Made by a program: the position numbers and the translations under genes. A stretch of 64,000 nt of DNA from Rebecca billardiae RCC1528 (lineage: Eukaryota; Protista; Haptophyta), in assembly GCA_965240325.2 (NCBI GenBank), contig OZ251225.1, positions 62,001 to 126,000 of the forward strand, in the 5' to 3' direction. Under the pieces are notes generated by a model. That model saw only the letters and a program-made list of their open reading frames with translations, did not search any database and was not told where the DNA came from. This document shows, piece by piece, positions 38,304 to 48,472 of this stretch; position 1 is the first letter of the stretch, and each line of letters starts with the position of its first letter.

Positions 38304-39446
38304 ATGTGGCAGGCGCTCGCGCTGCTGCTGCTCGCGCAGCCGCCGCAGGGCATGCGCTGGGCGCCGCGCGGGGGCTTCGCGCAGCCCGGCTGGTCCCAGC
38401 CCTCCGGCGCCGGCTGGTCCAACCCCGCCGGCGGTGGCGCGCCGTCCGGCTGGCCGGGCGCGGGCGGCGGTGGCATCGGCGGCGGCGCCGGCGCCGGCCC
38501 GGGCCGGTTCTGGCGCCCGGCGCCCGCGCGCGGCTTCGGGGCGGCGCGCGCGGGGGTCGCGCCCCCTTCGCTCGCCGCGGGCGCCGCGGGCCCGCTGCTC
38601 TACCTCGTGCACATCCCCAAGACGGCGGGCACCTCGCTGATCGACGACATGCTCGCGTACGCGGGCGTGGCGCCGTGCGGCCCCTCGCTGCTGCTGCACG
38701 CGTGCTTCCGGAAGAAGGGGCTGCGGCCGAACCTGGCGACGATCTCGATCGCCGCGCGGTACGCCGCGTGCAACTTCACCGCGTGCGAGCTCAACGTCGA
38801 GGACGCCATCGCCTCCGCCTCCCTCCGGCGGCCGCTGCAGCTGGTGGTGTTCCTGCGCGAGCCGTCCAAGCACGTGGTGAGCATGTACGCGATGTGCCAG
38901 TCGAGCTTCGCGCTGGGGGCGCACGTGTACTCGCCCATCGGGCTGAACGGCTGGCTGCGCGCGACCAACGCCTCGGGCGGCGCGGTCAGCACGTACTGCG
39001 ACTACGACCCGAACGACATCCAGAGCGCGCGCCTCTCCCCGTGGGACAAGCGCGCGCTCAAGCCGCACCTCTCGCTCCGCGCGGCGAGCGCGCGCGTGCA
39101 GAGCGCGTTCGCGGTGGGCACGACCGAGCAGTACCGCGCGAGCCTGTGCCTGCTGCTGCGCAGGCTGGGGAAGGCGCGGCCGGACTGCGCGTGCGGCGCC
39201 GCGCCGCTCAAGGTGCGCCACGTCTCGTTTGGCACCAAGTCGTCGGACGTGGTCGTGGACGCGGAGGCGCGCGTGCTCATCAGCCAGATGACGCGCAATG
39301 ACCGCGCGCTGTACGCGCTCGCCAAGCGGCGGCTGTACACGGAGCTGGAGCAGGAGGGGCTCACGTGCCTGCTCGAGCCGGAGAAGCACGCCAAGCCGAA
39401 GCACGCGCAGGGCGGGGCGAGCGGGGCGCTCCGGCTGAGGCGGTAA
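38304..39446 (+). CDS. Sulfotransferase-family protein with signal peptide
   Basis: HIPKTAGTS (5'-PSB), FLREP..VVSMY (3'-PB), NDRALY. Confidence 0.8.
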   Translation: MWQALALLLLAQPPQGMRWAPRGGFAQPGWSQPSGAGWSNPAGGGAPSGWPGAGGGGIGGGAGAGPGRFWRPAPARGFGAARAGVAPPSLAAGAAGPLLYLVHIPKTAGTSLIDDMLAYAGVAPCGPSLLLHACFRKKGLRPNLATISIAARYAACNFTACELNVEDAIASASLRRPLQLVVFLREPSKHVVSMYAMCQSSFALGAHVYSPIGLNGWLRATNASGGAVSTYCDYDPNDIQSARLSPWDKRALKPHLSLRAASARVQSAFAVGTTEQYRASLCLLLRRLGKARPDCACGAAPLKVRHVSFGTKSSDVVVDAEARVLISQMTRNDRALYALAKRRLYTELEQEGLTCLLEPEKHAKPKHAQGGASGALRLRR

Positions 39447-39713
39447 GGAGACGCGCGGCGGCCCTCCGGCTCCATTGAGACCATTTTCCAACACCGCCTC
39501 CGGGCCCGCGCATCGAGATTCGAGGCCTGGTTGACAATCAGCCAGCAGTGTCACTCATGCAATGATCAGCCTCGGGCCCAGGGCCGGGCGACCGCCGCGA
39601 CCGCGCAGATGACGACCCGAGACACCTGCTGCCCGGCCCGCCAGTGACCGGCCCGCGATCTCGATCCCGCCGGGGATGACTCATTCCGGATTCGGGATGA
39701 CGCCCCGTGACTT

Positions 39714-39715
<2 letters not shown>

Positions 39716-39756
<41 letters not shown>

Positions 39757-39845
39757 ACGACGTGGCAGCATCGGACAAGCGTCAGGCTCAGAGTGCAACA
39801 GCGACACACAGTAAATGCGTCCGCGCCATATATATATATATATAA
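39716..39845 (-). repeat. (TA)n microsatellite interrupted by a 75-bp dispersed repeat (39753-39827)
   Basis: The insert is the reverse complement of 12121-12194. Confidence 0.85.
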
Positions 39846-40355
39846 CTATATATGCCATCATATCGGACACTACGGATTCCGGAGACCGGAGTCCCAGCCG
39901 CCAGCGGCAGTGACTGTGAGGCACCGGCGCCACTCCCTGACTTCTGAGGCCCTTACTGGAACAGCGCATGTTACTGGACTCAGCACTCTGCCGATAACTT
40001 CAGCATCAGTACGAATAACTACTACGACGATACTCTCCCGGTAGTCCGACAATCCCGGAGCCTTCGGCCCGCGCGGGCCACCCGCGTCACGTACATACCG
40101 AGCGAGTCACGGCTCATCACTCCGACTCGGTCCGGCTGGCGCGCTGCTGTCGTCGTTATTCAGTAGTACTGCGCTAGTGACGAGTTGACGACCGCCACCG
40201 GATGATCGAGCTGACGAGACTAGGAGTGACTGAGTCCCGCGGTCCCGCCGTTCGTCATCAGCTCACGGTAGCCCCGTTGCGGTCGTTAATGCTGCGGTCC
40301 GGCGGCGCCGGTCAATTGCGGAGACGCCGGAGGCGGGCTGGCCGCAGCACGGTTC

Positions 40356-41018
40356 CTAGGCCCCCTCGGCTTTCGCGCGCTCCATGACGGTACCCGCGAG
40401 TGCGTACTGCCACGACGGCCGCGCGCGGCACCGGCCCCACCACGCGTTGACCGCCGGCCGGCGCTCGAGCTCGGCGCCGAGCCCGAGGCCTTCAAACCAC
40501 TCGAGGTAGCAGAGCCAGGTGAGGTCGGCGCAGGTGAAGCCGTCGCCGACGAGGTACTCCCGCCCCTCCTTCGCCAGGTGCGCCTCGAGGATGTCGAGGA
40601 TCGGCGCGACGTTCCCGGCCGTCTCCTCGAGCAGGCCGGGCACAGGCGCGTTGTGCAGCTTGGCGTAGTACAGCGGCATGAACGCCTTCTGGAACTCCGA
40701 GTACTCGACGGAGAGCCACTGCTGCATCAGCGCGCGCTGGCGCGGGTCGGTCGGCACCAGGTGCGTGCCCTCGCCGACGAACTGCATGATGGCGCGCGAC
40801 TCGAAGAGACGGAACGCGCCGCCGCCGCCGCGCGCGTCCTCCCACACGGGCACCTTGCCAAACGGCTGGATGGCGAGGAACTCTGCGCTCTTCTGCTGCT
40901 TGTCCGGCAGGCGGATGGGGACAAAGTCGAAGTCGAGGCCCGCCTCGGTCAGGGCGCAGATCACGCGGCGGGAGCAGGTCGTTGGCGGCCATGCCCACAG
41001 TGTCCCGGCCTTCACCAT
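40356..41018 (-). CDS. Glutathione S-transferase (Phi-like)
   Basis: QPFGKVP, LFESRAI, YLVGDGFTCADL, VNAWW. Confidence 0.92.
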   Translation of the reverse strand: MVKAGTLWAWPPTTCSRRVICALTEAGLDFDFVPIRLPDKQQKSAEFLAIQPFGKVPVWEDARGGGGAFRLFESRAIMQFVGEGTHLVPTDPRQRALMQQWLSVEYSEFQKAFMPLYYAKLHNAPVPGLLEETAGNVAPILDILEAHLAKEGREYLVGDGFTCADLTWLCYLEWFEGLGLGAELERRPAVNAWWGRCRARPSWQYALAGTVMERAKAEGA

Positions 41019-41579
41019 CGTCGTCGTCGTCGTCGTCGTCCTCCGGCCGCGCGTACGTACGTCTGCGCCTCGATTCGGCCGCGCGCGGGAGCGGGAAGAA
41101 GATCGCAGGAAGCGGCCGGAAAAGTCAAAAGTGAAAAGTCGTACGCCCGCTTGCGTTGAAGCTTCTCAGTCAGCATGGCTGACCAAGACGGCGTCCCAGC
41201 CGGGCGAGCACGCCCGATGGCCGGCAATAACGACGATGGCTAGTATACCGTCGCGTAGCGAGTCGAGATGTCATTAGGGCAGCACTGAACGCCACTCACT
41301 CACTGATCGGATCGACAACGGCGTTGTCGTACATGTCGTTGACGACGGACCGCGAAGCCTCTCGCTCCGGAGTCTCAGTCCACCGTGTCCAGGGCGGCCA
41401 GGGCCCGGCCCCGTGGCCCGGTGGCGGCGCCAGCGGTCACTGAACTGGTCGGGCCTGGGGCCTGGTGCCGGGTCCGTTCGAGCGGCGTGAACGGCAGGGT
41501 CTGCCACCTGACCGCGAGCACACAGCACCTCGGAGCTCACGGCACCCGCACACGCCCGCCCATGCGCCGGCTGCGCATC

Positions 41580-42117
41580 TCACATGAGCTTGCAGCACTG
41601 GTTCTGTTTCCTCGCCGTCTTGTAGAACATCTTCGACGAGCCCGAGAGCTCGTTCGACTTCTCGATCAGCGTGTCGATCTTCTGCCCGCGCTCGATCGCG
41701 GTCTCGATCGTCTCGTGCTGCGCGCGGCCGCGGGGCGGAGCCGCGCGCGACGGGCGCGGTCGCGGGCGCGTGAGCGCGCGCGTGCCGGGCGCGGCGTGCG
41801 CGTGCGCGCCGGTGCCGCGCGCTCACGAGGATGAGCTTCGTCTCGTCGAGCTGCTTCATGATCGAGGTGAGCTGGTCGGCCTCGGCGGGGTCCTGGAACT
41901 TGACGATCAGCGCGTCGTGCTGCGGCTTGAACACCGCGTTGAGCCCGTTCTCCGTCGGCGCGGCGGGCAGCGCGCCCCCCAGCGCGGCGCTGAACTGCTC
42001 GCTCATCTGCGCGAGGTAGCCAAACGCCACGCGCGCCGGGTACTCGCGGTCGCAGAAGGCGACGGCGTTGAAGCCGTGCGGCGTGGCGTACACGTGGCAC
42101 ATGAAGTCTGCGCGCCG

Positions 42118-42148
<31 letters not shown>

Positions 42149-42511
42149 GCGTGAGGCCCGCGCGCCGCCGGGCCCGGCGGGGCGGCAGCGCGCGCGCACC
42201 CTCGTGCTTAATCGATGATCGCGTGCCCGCCTGCGCGGCCTTGCTGAACTGCCGGCCGAAGAAGGTGCACATCTCGAGCACGCTGCGCGCGCGAGGGGCG
42301 GCGGGGTTGGCGCGAGGGCTCGACCAACGCACGTGCCCGGCGCGCCGGCGCGCGCGCCTCCGCCGCCGCCGGCTGCGCGCGCGCGCGCGGGCGCGCACCT
42401 GCCGCGCTGGAAGTAGCCAAACGAGGAGAGCTCCGAGGCGGAGGTGAGCATCACGGGCTCGCCCTCGGGCGGGGGTTGTGTGTACACGGCGCTGAAGAGG
42501 AGCTTCACCAT
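41580..42511 (-). CDS. YKT6: Longin R-SNARE Ykt6
   Basis: LSSFGYFQRGSV..YPARVAF..LDETKLILHETIE..RGQKID..SKMFYK..NQCCKLM (CCaaX). Introns 42398-42283, 42199-42108, 41826-41718. Confidence 0.95.
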
Positions 42512-42836
42512 CGTCGCCGCCCTCGCACCGCGCAGGACGGGCGCTCTGCCCCGACGGCCCACTGGGCAGCGGACGCCGTCGCGCCAGCTGCCAAGATGCG
42601 CGCGCGCGTCGTTGGAGACTGGCAGCGGCAGCCGGCAAGATGACAAGGCGGCCTTGCTGCACAGCCCGCTCCACGATGGCGTCGCTCGGCGGCCAATCAG
42701 AAAAAAGGGCGGCTGTGGCACAGCGTGCAGAAAAAGTCAAGAAAGACGATATAAAGAAACGCCGGGCGGCTTGGGCGGCTTTTTTCGCGCTGCTGCCTGC
42801 TGTCGGTTTCGCGTCGTCGGTTCCGCAGCCCCAACC

Positions 42837-45800
42837 ATGGCGAAGCCGCCGCCGCGGAGCTCGGCGGTGTACGCGCGCGAGCAGATCGCGATCCCGCCGT
42901 ACACGCTGGCGGTGCTCAAGGAGTACCAGAAGGCCGCGCTGCGCCACTTCCGCGGGCGGCGCACCGTCTCGGCGCAGCAGCTCCTCGAGTACTCCGCGAC
43001 CTACTTTGGGCAGAAGGACGCGGCGATCAAGGCGCGGCGCGCGCGCGAGACGGCGTACCGCGCGGAGTGGACGGGGCGGAAGGGCGAGGTGCGCGAGCTG
43101 TTCCAGCAGTTCGACGCGAACGGCGACGGCTCGATCGAGTTCTCCGAGGTCGAGAACGCCCTCGGCGAGGTGCACAACTTCTTTGGCTACTCGATGGACG
43201 CGGCGGGCTACCCCGAGTGGGTGCCCAAGGAGGAGGTGGACGCGCGCGCGCTCTTCGCCGAGCTCGACGTGGACACGGACGGGCGCGTGTTCTGGGACGA
43301 GTTCTGGACCGTCATCTCCAAGTGGATGGACGACAACTTCGACCGCTCCGAGCTCTACCGCGAGAAGGAGGAGCAGCGCCGGATGGCGCGCGAGCGGCTG
43401 GCGGAGGAGGAGCGCGAGCGCATCGAGGCGGAGGCGGAGGCGGCGGCGGAGGCGGAGGCGGCGCGGCTGAAGGAGGAGGAGCGGAAGCAGCGCGAGGCCG
43501 AGCGCAACGCCGAGGCCGCCCGCCTCCGCGCCGAGCGCGCCGCGCAGCAGCGCCGCGCCGAGAAGGAGGCGGAGGCGCGCGCCAAGCGCGAGGCCGCCGA
43601 GCGGCGCGTGCGCGAGCAGGCGGCGGTGGCGGCCCAGGTGCAGGAGGACTTCGAGCAGGAGGCGGAGCGCCGCGCGCGCAAGGCGTCGCTCCGCGCCGAG
43701 GCCGAGGCCCGCCCGCCCAAGCCCGACTCCGAGCCCGCCTCCGCCGACGAGGAGGAGGACATCTCGACCAAGGCGCTCAACTCGATCGAGCTGGCCGCGC
43801 TCTCCGCCGGCTCTGTGGACGAGCTGCTGCCCGCCATCATCGCGGCGCTGGAGCAGGGGAAGCCGACGCGCGGCTCGCCGATGGACTGCATCGCGCTGCG
43901 CCGCGCGCCCGGCCAGGGCAAGGCGGGCGCCACGCCGCCGCCCATGTTCGTCGCGATCACGCCCGCGACCGCGAGCGCGCGGCCGTGGGTGCGGCCCGGG
44001 CTGCACGGCGCGCCCGCTGCCGCTGAGCACGAGCTCAGCACGGAGGAGGAGGAGGCGGCGGAGGAGGACGCGGAGGGGGCGGCGGAGGCGGCGGAGGAGG
44101 AGACGCCGCTGCTCACGGTGGTGTGGGCCTCGCCCGGCCACCCCAAGGTGCAGCCCGGCCAGGCCATCCAGCGCATCACCGAGATGGCCGTCGAGCGCAC
44201 CTCGTTTGCCGCGCTCGACGGCGCGCTCGCCGCGTCCTCGCACGCGCTGGCGAGCGGTGGCGGGCCGGACAAGGAGGAGGTGGCGGCGGCGCAGAGCGCG
44301 GACGGGCTGTTCGTCGCGCGGCCGCTGCGCTACGCGCCCGACGTCGGCCGGCGCGGCGTCGCGCTCGGCGTCGTCGGCTCCGGCGTGCCCGCCTCGCGCG
44401 CGGCCGCGCACACGCCCGCCGTGTGCCAGTTTGTGGCGCTGCGCCGGCCGGACGCGCCGCAGCTCACGCTCGACGTCACGATGGCGTCGCCGCTGCACCC
44501 GCTGGCGGGGGTGAAGGAGGGCGCGGCGTGGGCGGTGGACGGCGGCGCGGGCGGCGAGGTGCCCGGCCTCGCCACCGCCTGCCTCCGCCTCGTCGCCAAC
44601 CCGCCCGCCGACCTCCTCGCCGGCACGGCCGCGCGGCGCGCCGACGCGCGGCTGGTGTACACGTGCTCGCGCGCCGAGCTCGGCATCGACACGGCCGCCG
44701 ACGGCGGCGCCGCGCTCGGCGCGTTCATCCCGGCGTCGGCGGACGTGCAGCTGATGCTGATGCTCGACCCGAAGAAGCTGCCCGACGACCTCGCCGCCGA
44801 CGCGCTGCGCGCCGACGCCGTCCTCGGCGTCGTCGGCGTCGGGCCGATCGCGTCGACGTTTGCGCCCGCGCCCTCGCCGGCCGACGCGGCCGCCGCGGCC
44901 GACGGCGCGGACGACGAGACGGAGGTGTTCCTGCAGATCGTCGCGTCGCCGAGCTCGAAGGACATGTCGCAGACGGAGGGCGGGCTGACGAAGGCGCAGT
45001 ACACCGCCGGCTCGGTCGCGGGCTACGCCACGATCGGCACCATCCTGCGCAACCCCGTCGCCGCCGCCGAGGACGCGGCGACCGGCGGCGGCGGCGCGCT
45101 GCCCCTGGAGACGGTGGCGCACTCGGCTTACCAGATGGCCGAGCTGAGCGTGGACGCGCCGGCGGGGCTGCTCGCCGTGCCGATGGTGGACGGCGCGGGG
45201 CGGAAGCTCGGCGTGATCACCGCGGCGATGCAGACCTCCGCCACGCCCGAGGCCAACGAGAAGACCTCCGCCTTCGTCGCCGAGGTCGCGCGGCGCGCCG
45301 CGATGGCCATCTCGGACGTGCGCGCGCGGGAGTCGGCCGCGCGGCTCGCGGCGCAGGGCGGCTCGGACCCGGCCATCAAGGACAGCGACGGCGACGGGAT
45401 CGCGGACGAGGACGACGACTACGACGACCTCGCGGCGGGCGGCGCGATGCAGATCTCCGAGCTCCACGTCGCGCCCGTCGCGCACCGCCTCTCCGCCCTC
45501 GGCACCGTCGAGCACGCGCCGCCGTCCGAGCTGGCGTGGGCGCTGCTCGACTGCGCGAGCGCGATCGGCGCGTCGGGCGCGCCGCCGCCCGCCTTCATCG
45601 CGCTCGCCGAGGGGGACGCGGCGCGGCTGCACGTGCTGCTCGCGTCGCCGCTCCACCCGCTCGTCGCGACGGGCGACGTGCTCACCTCCGCCGAGCCCGC
45701 CGACGCCGACGCCGACGCCGCCGCGCCCGCCGCCGCCGTGCCGCTCGAGGGCTCGGCCGCGGCCGCGGTGCGCGCGGCGCGCATGCCCGCGCGGCTGCGC

Positions 45801-47099
45801 GGCCTCGCGGCCGAGGCGCTCGCGCTGCTCGGCCGCACGCACAAGGCGCTCGCCGAGGCGACGGCGGCGGGCGGCAGGCCGCCGTCGGTCCCGCGGCCCA
45901 CCTCGCGCGACGGCCGCGACGGCCACGACGACGCCGCCGCCGCCGCGCGCCGCGCGCTGAGCGCGCACCTGGCCGCGGCCAAGCTGCGCGCGCCCGCGCT
46001 TGAGAGCGTGCGCGTGCGCGTGCCCGCGGACGAGGGCAGCGGCGCGCGCGCGCAGACGGTGCAGCTCGTGCCGCTGGTGGACGAGGCGGGCGTGGCGTAC
46101 GGCGTGCTGTGCACCGGCGCGCCCCACGGCGTGCCCGGCTTCCAGGCGCTGCTCGGCGCGCACGGCGGCCTCGCCCTCGCCGCCGCGCTGCGCGCGGAGA
46201 AGGTGCGGCTGCTGCTGCACACGGGCGCGGTCATGCTCGGGCACATCGTGCACGGCAAGAGCGTGCACATCACGGAGGTGCCCGACGACTACGACGCGGG
46301 CGGCGACGAGACCAAGTTCGTGCTGCGCATCCGCGACGCGGACGGCGGCGTGCTCAAGACCCTGCTCGTCTCCGCCGCCGTGCCCATCAACTCGTTCGAG
46401 CGCCACATGCTCGACGAGATGGGCGCGGTGCTCTCGAGCGCGTACGGGATCGTGGACGCGTCGCCCGTCACGGGGCTCGAGGGGCTGGACGCCAAGGCGC
46501 GGCTGGCGGCGGAGGCGCGCACGCAGCAGCTCATGCCCGCCATGCTGATGGAGCGCGTGCGGCTCAAGCTCGCCGAGCTCAGCCAGCAGTCGCTCTCCGA
46601 GTTGCGCTCGTACCAGCGGCCGCCCCCCGCGGTGCTCGAGGTGATGAAGGGCTGCCTGCTGCTGCTCGGTCAGCCCGCGGACACGGTCGGCAGCTGGCCG
46701 CAGCTGCGCTCGGCGATGGGCAACCCGAAGGGGCTGCTCGACGAGCTGCACGCGTTCGACGCTTCGCTCGTCACGCGCGAGATGCGCGCGCGCTACCGCG
46801 CCGCGCGCAAGGCCACCGCGCGCCTCGACATCGAGCTCGCGTGGAAGGGCTCCAAGGCGTCCGCGCTCATCTACGAGTGGCTGCGCCACTGCTTTGTCGC
46901 CAACGACGTGTGGAAGCAGGTGGCCAAGAAGCGGTGGGAGCAGCGCTCGATGGGGCGCGAGGAGCTCACGGTCCTCATCGCGGACGAGGAGGAGGAGCGC
47001 CGCTCCGACGCGGCCGAGGTCATCCAGCGCAACGCGCGCGGCCACATCGTGCGCAACCGCCGCGCGCCCGCGCCGCCTCGCAGCCCAAACGCGCGCTGA
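42837..47099 (+). CDS. EFCAB5-like protein: RIIa-like, EF-hands, coiled coil, GAF-like repeats, dynein-stalk-like, IQ
   Basis: LKEYQKAALR..LLEYSATYF; DANGDGSIEFSE; DVDTDGRVFWDE; VPMVD..LGVI and VPLVD..YGVL; SELRSYQRPPPAV; IQRNARGHIVR. Confidence 0.7.
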   Translation: MAKPPPRSSAVYAREQIAIPPYTLAVLKEYQKAALRHFRGRRTVSAQQLLEYSATYFGQKDAAIKARRARETAYRAEWTGRKGEVRELFQQFDANGDGSIEFSEVENALGEVHNFFGYSMDAAGYPEWVPKEEVDARALFAELDVDTDGRVFWDEFWTVISKWMDDNFDRSELYREKEEQRRMARERLAEEERERIEAEAEAAAEAEAARLKEEERKQREAERNAEAARLRAERAAQQRRAEKEAEARAKREAAERRVREQAAVAAQVQEDFEQEAERRARKASLRAEAEARPPKPDSEPASADEEEDISTKALNSIELAALSAGSVDELLPAIIAALEQGKPTRGSPMDCIALRRAPGQGKAGATPPPMFVAITPATASARPWVRPGLHGAPAAAEHELSTEEEEAAEEDAEGAAEAAEEETPLLTVVWASPGHPKVQPGQAIQRITEMAVERTSFAALDGALAASSHALASGGGPDKEEVAAAQSADGLFVARPLRYAPDVGRRGVALGVVGSGVPASRAAAHTPAVCQFVALRRPDAPQLTLDVTMASPLHPLAGVKEGAAWAVDGGAGGEVPGLATACLRLVANPPADLLAGTAARRADARLVYTCSRAELGIDTAADGGAALGAFIPASADVQLMLMLDPKKLPDDLAADALRADAVLGVVGVGPIASTFAPAPSPADAAAAADGADDETEVFLQIVASPSSKDMSQTEGGLTKAQYTAGSVAGYATIGTILRNPVAAAEDAATGGGGALPLETVAHSAYQMAELSVDAPAGLLAVPMVDGAGRKLGVITAAMQTSATPEANEKTSAFVAEVARRAAMAISDVRARESAARLAAQGGSDPAIKDSDGDGIADEDDDYDDLAAGGAMQISELHVAPVAHRLSALGTVEHAPPSELAWALLDCASAIGASGAPPPAFIALAEGDAARLHVLLASPLHPLVATGDVLTSAEPADADADAAAPAAAVPLEGSAAAAVRAARMPARLRGLAAEALALLGRTHKALAEATAAGGRPPSVPRPTSRDGRDGHDDAAAAARRALSAHLAAAKLRAPALESVRVRVPADEGSGARAQTVQLVPLVDEAGVAYGVLCTGAPHGVPGFQALLGAHGGLALAAALRAEKVRLLLHTGAVMLGHIVHGKSVHITEVPDDYDAGGDETKFVLRIRDADGGVLKTLLVSAAVPINSFERHMLDEMGAVLSSAYGIVDASPVTGLEGLDAKARLAAEARTQQLMPAMLMERVRLKLAELSQQSLSELRSYQRPPPAVLEVMKGCLLLLGQPADTVGSWPQLRSAMGNPKGLLDELHAFDASLVTREMRARYRAARKATARLDIELAWKGSKASALIYEWLRHCFVANDVWKQVAKKRWEQRSMGREELTVLIADEEEERRSDAAEVIQRNARGHIVRNRRAPAPPRSPNAR

Positions 47100-47723
47100 G
47101 GCGCGACGCACCCGCCGTGAGCCGCCGCGATGGTTCGCTCGCGTGCCGTCCGCCGTCGCAGCGGCGTGGGCGGTGTGAGCGCGCGGTGCTCGACGGCCGA
47201 CGTCCGGAACGGTCCGCGCCATTCGTCACCCTCGATTGCTACAGTCGGCGCATATCAGTCGTCGTTGCGTGTAGTAGCGCATTATGCATCATCAGCATCA
47301 GAAATGTAATAACTACATCATCACGCTATATATTATGCGCGCAGCATGTTCCGACGTGATGATGCTGCGCTGCCGATATCGCCGTGAATCGTGATGGCGG
47401 ATGCTGCGTGCTACCGGCCTACCGTCACCGTGCCTGCCGCTGTCGTCGGGCGCCGGAGTCCCGGGGTGGGCCTGTGCATGCATCAGTCGTAGTGATTACG
47501 TACCGCGGGACCTACGTGGTGAGTGTGCCGCGGTGGGCGGCGGCTCGCGGCCTCGCCGGCTCACGGGCACGGCGCGCTGTGCTGGCGCGGCTCGGTTCGA
47601 TAGCCCGACTGCGAGCAGGGCGAGGCCGCGCATATGCGCATGCATGCGCTCATACCCGCGCCTGATGCACTGTGGCTGTGCACGACAGCACAGACACACA
47701 CACACACACATATATATATATAT

Positions 47724-48241
47724 GTGTCCTCCTGCACAAAGATTGAAGCGGCGCCAATCGATGTGTATATATACTTGTGTGAGGTGGGGATTTGTCCCTG
47801 GATGACGGGAAGAGCGACTGAGCCGACGGTGCCAAAGCTGCGCGCAGACTGCGCCAGCGTGTGGCAGCAAGGTGAGCGACGAGCGAGCGAGCACGAGCAA
47901 AGAAGCACGCGACGGCGAAGGAGATGGGGCCTTGTTTGCTGATGATGAGGCAAGGGGCCGACTGGCAGTAACTGATGAGCAGCTTGTGAGCTCGGCGCGA
48001 AAGGTCGTAAAGTGCCGATTTGTGTGAGCTCGACTGGTTAGTTGCTTGATGAACTGGAAAGCTGCCACTCGGATGACTGCAGATGATCTTGGATATGATC
48101 TCGAGCGCCGTACCAGCACGAAGCAACTACCTGCAGGATCAGGTAGACGATGGAGGCCCTTGGCCTTGGCTGTCACGACACTGCGACGCATCACCTTCCA
48201 GCCTCCCGACACATTCGGTTATAACTGCGTTATAACGCCAC
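47724..48241 (-). mobile_element. Solo A+B remnant related to the element 1 family (element 3)
   Basis: Starts GTGTCCTCCTGCA, shares GAAGAGCGACTGAGCCGACGGTGCC...GGCAGCAAGGT with repeat A, and ends GTTATAACTGCGTTATAACGCCAC. Flanked by TA repeats. Confidence 0.85.
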
Positions 48242-48375
48242 ATATCATATCGCGCAGTTAATCGTAGTCGTCGTCGTCGTCGTGCATCAGATGTGAGATG
48301 ATGCACGACGAGTCCGTCTGTGTCAGCGCGCCCGCCGGCGCGCATCATCCGACGACGACGATTATTCGTCTGCTG

Positions 48376-48379
<4 letters not shown>

Positions 48380-48417
<38 letters not shown>
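48380..48417. repeat. (TA)n microsatellite
   Basis: Seen directly. Confidence 0.95.
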
Positions 48418-48421
<4 letters not shown>

Positions 48422-48472
48422 CTGCGCTGATTCATCGTCGTCAGTCGTCATCGCGGCGCGTCATCATAATCA

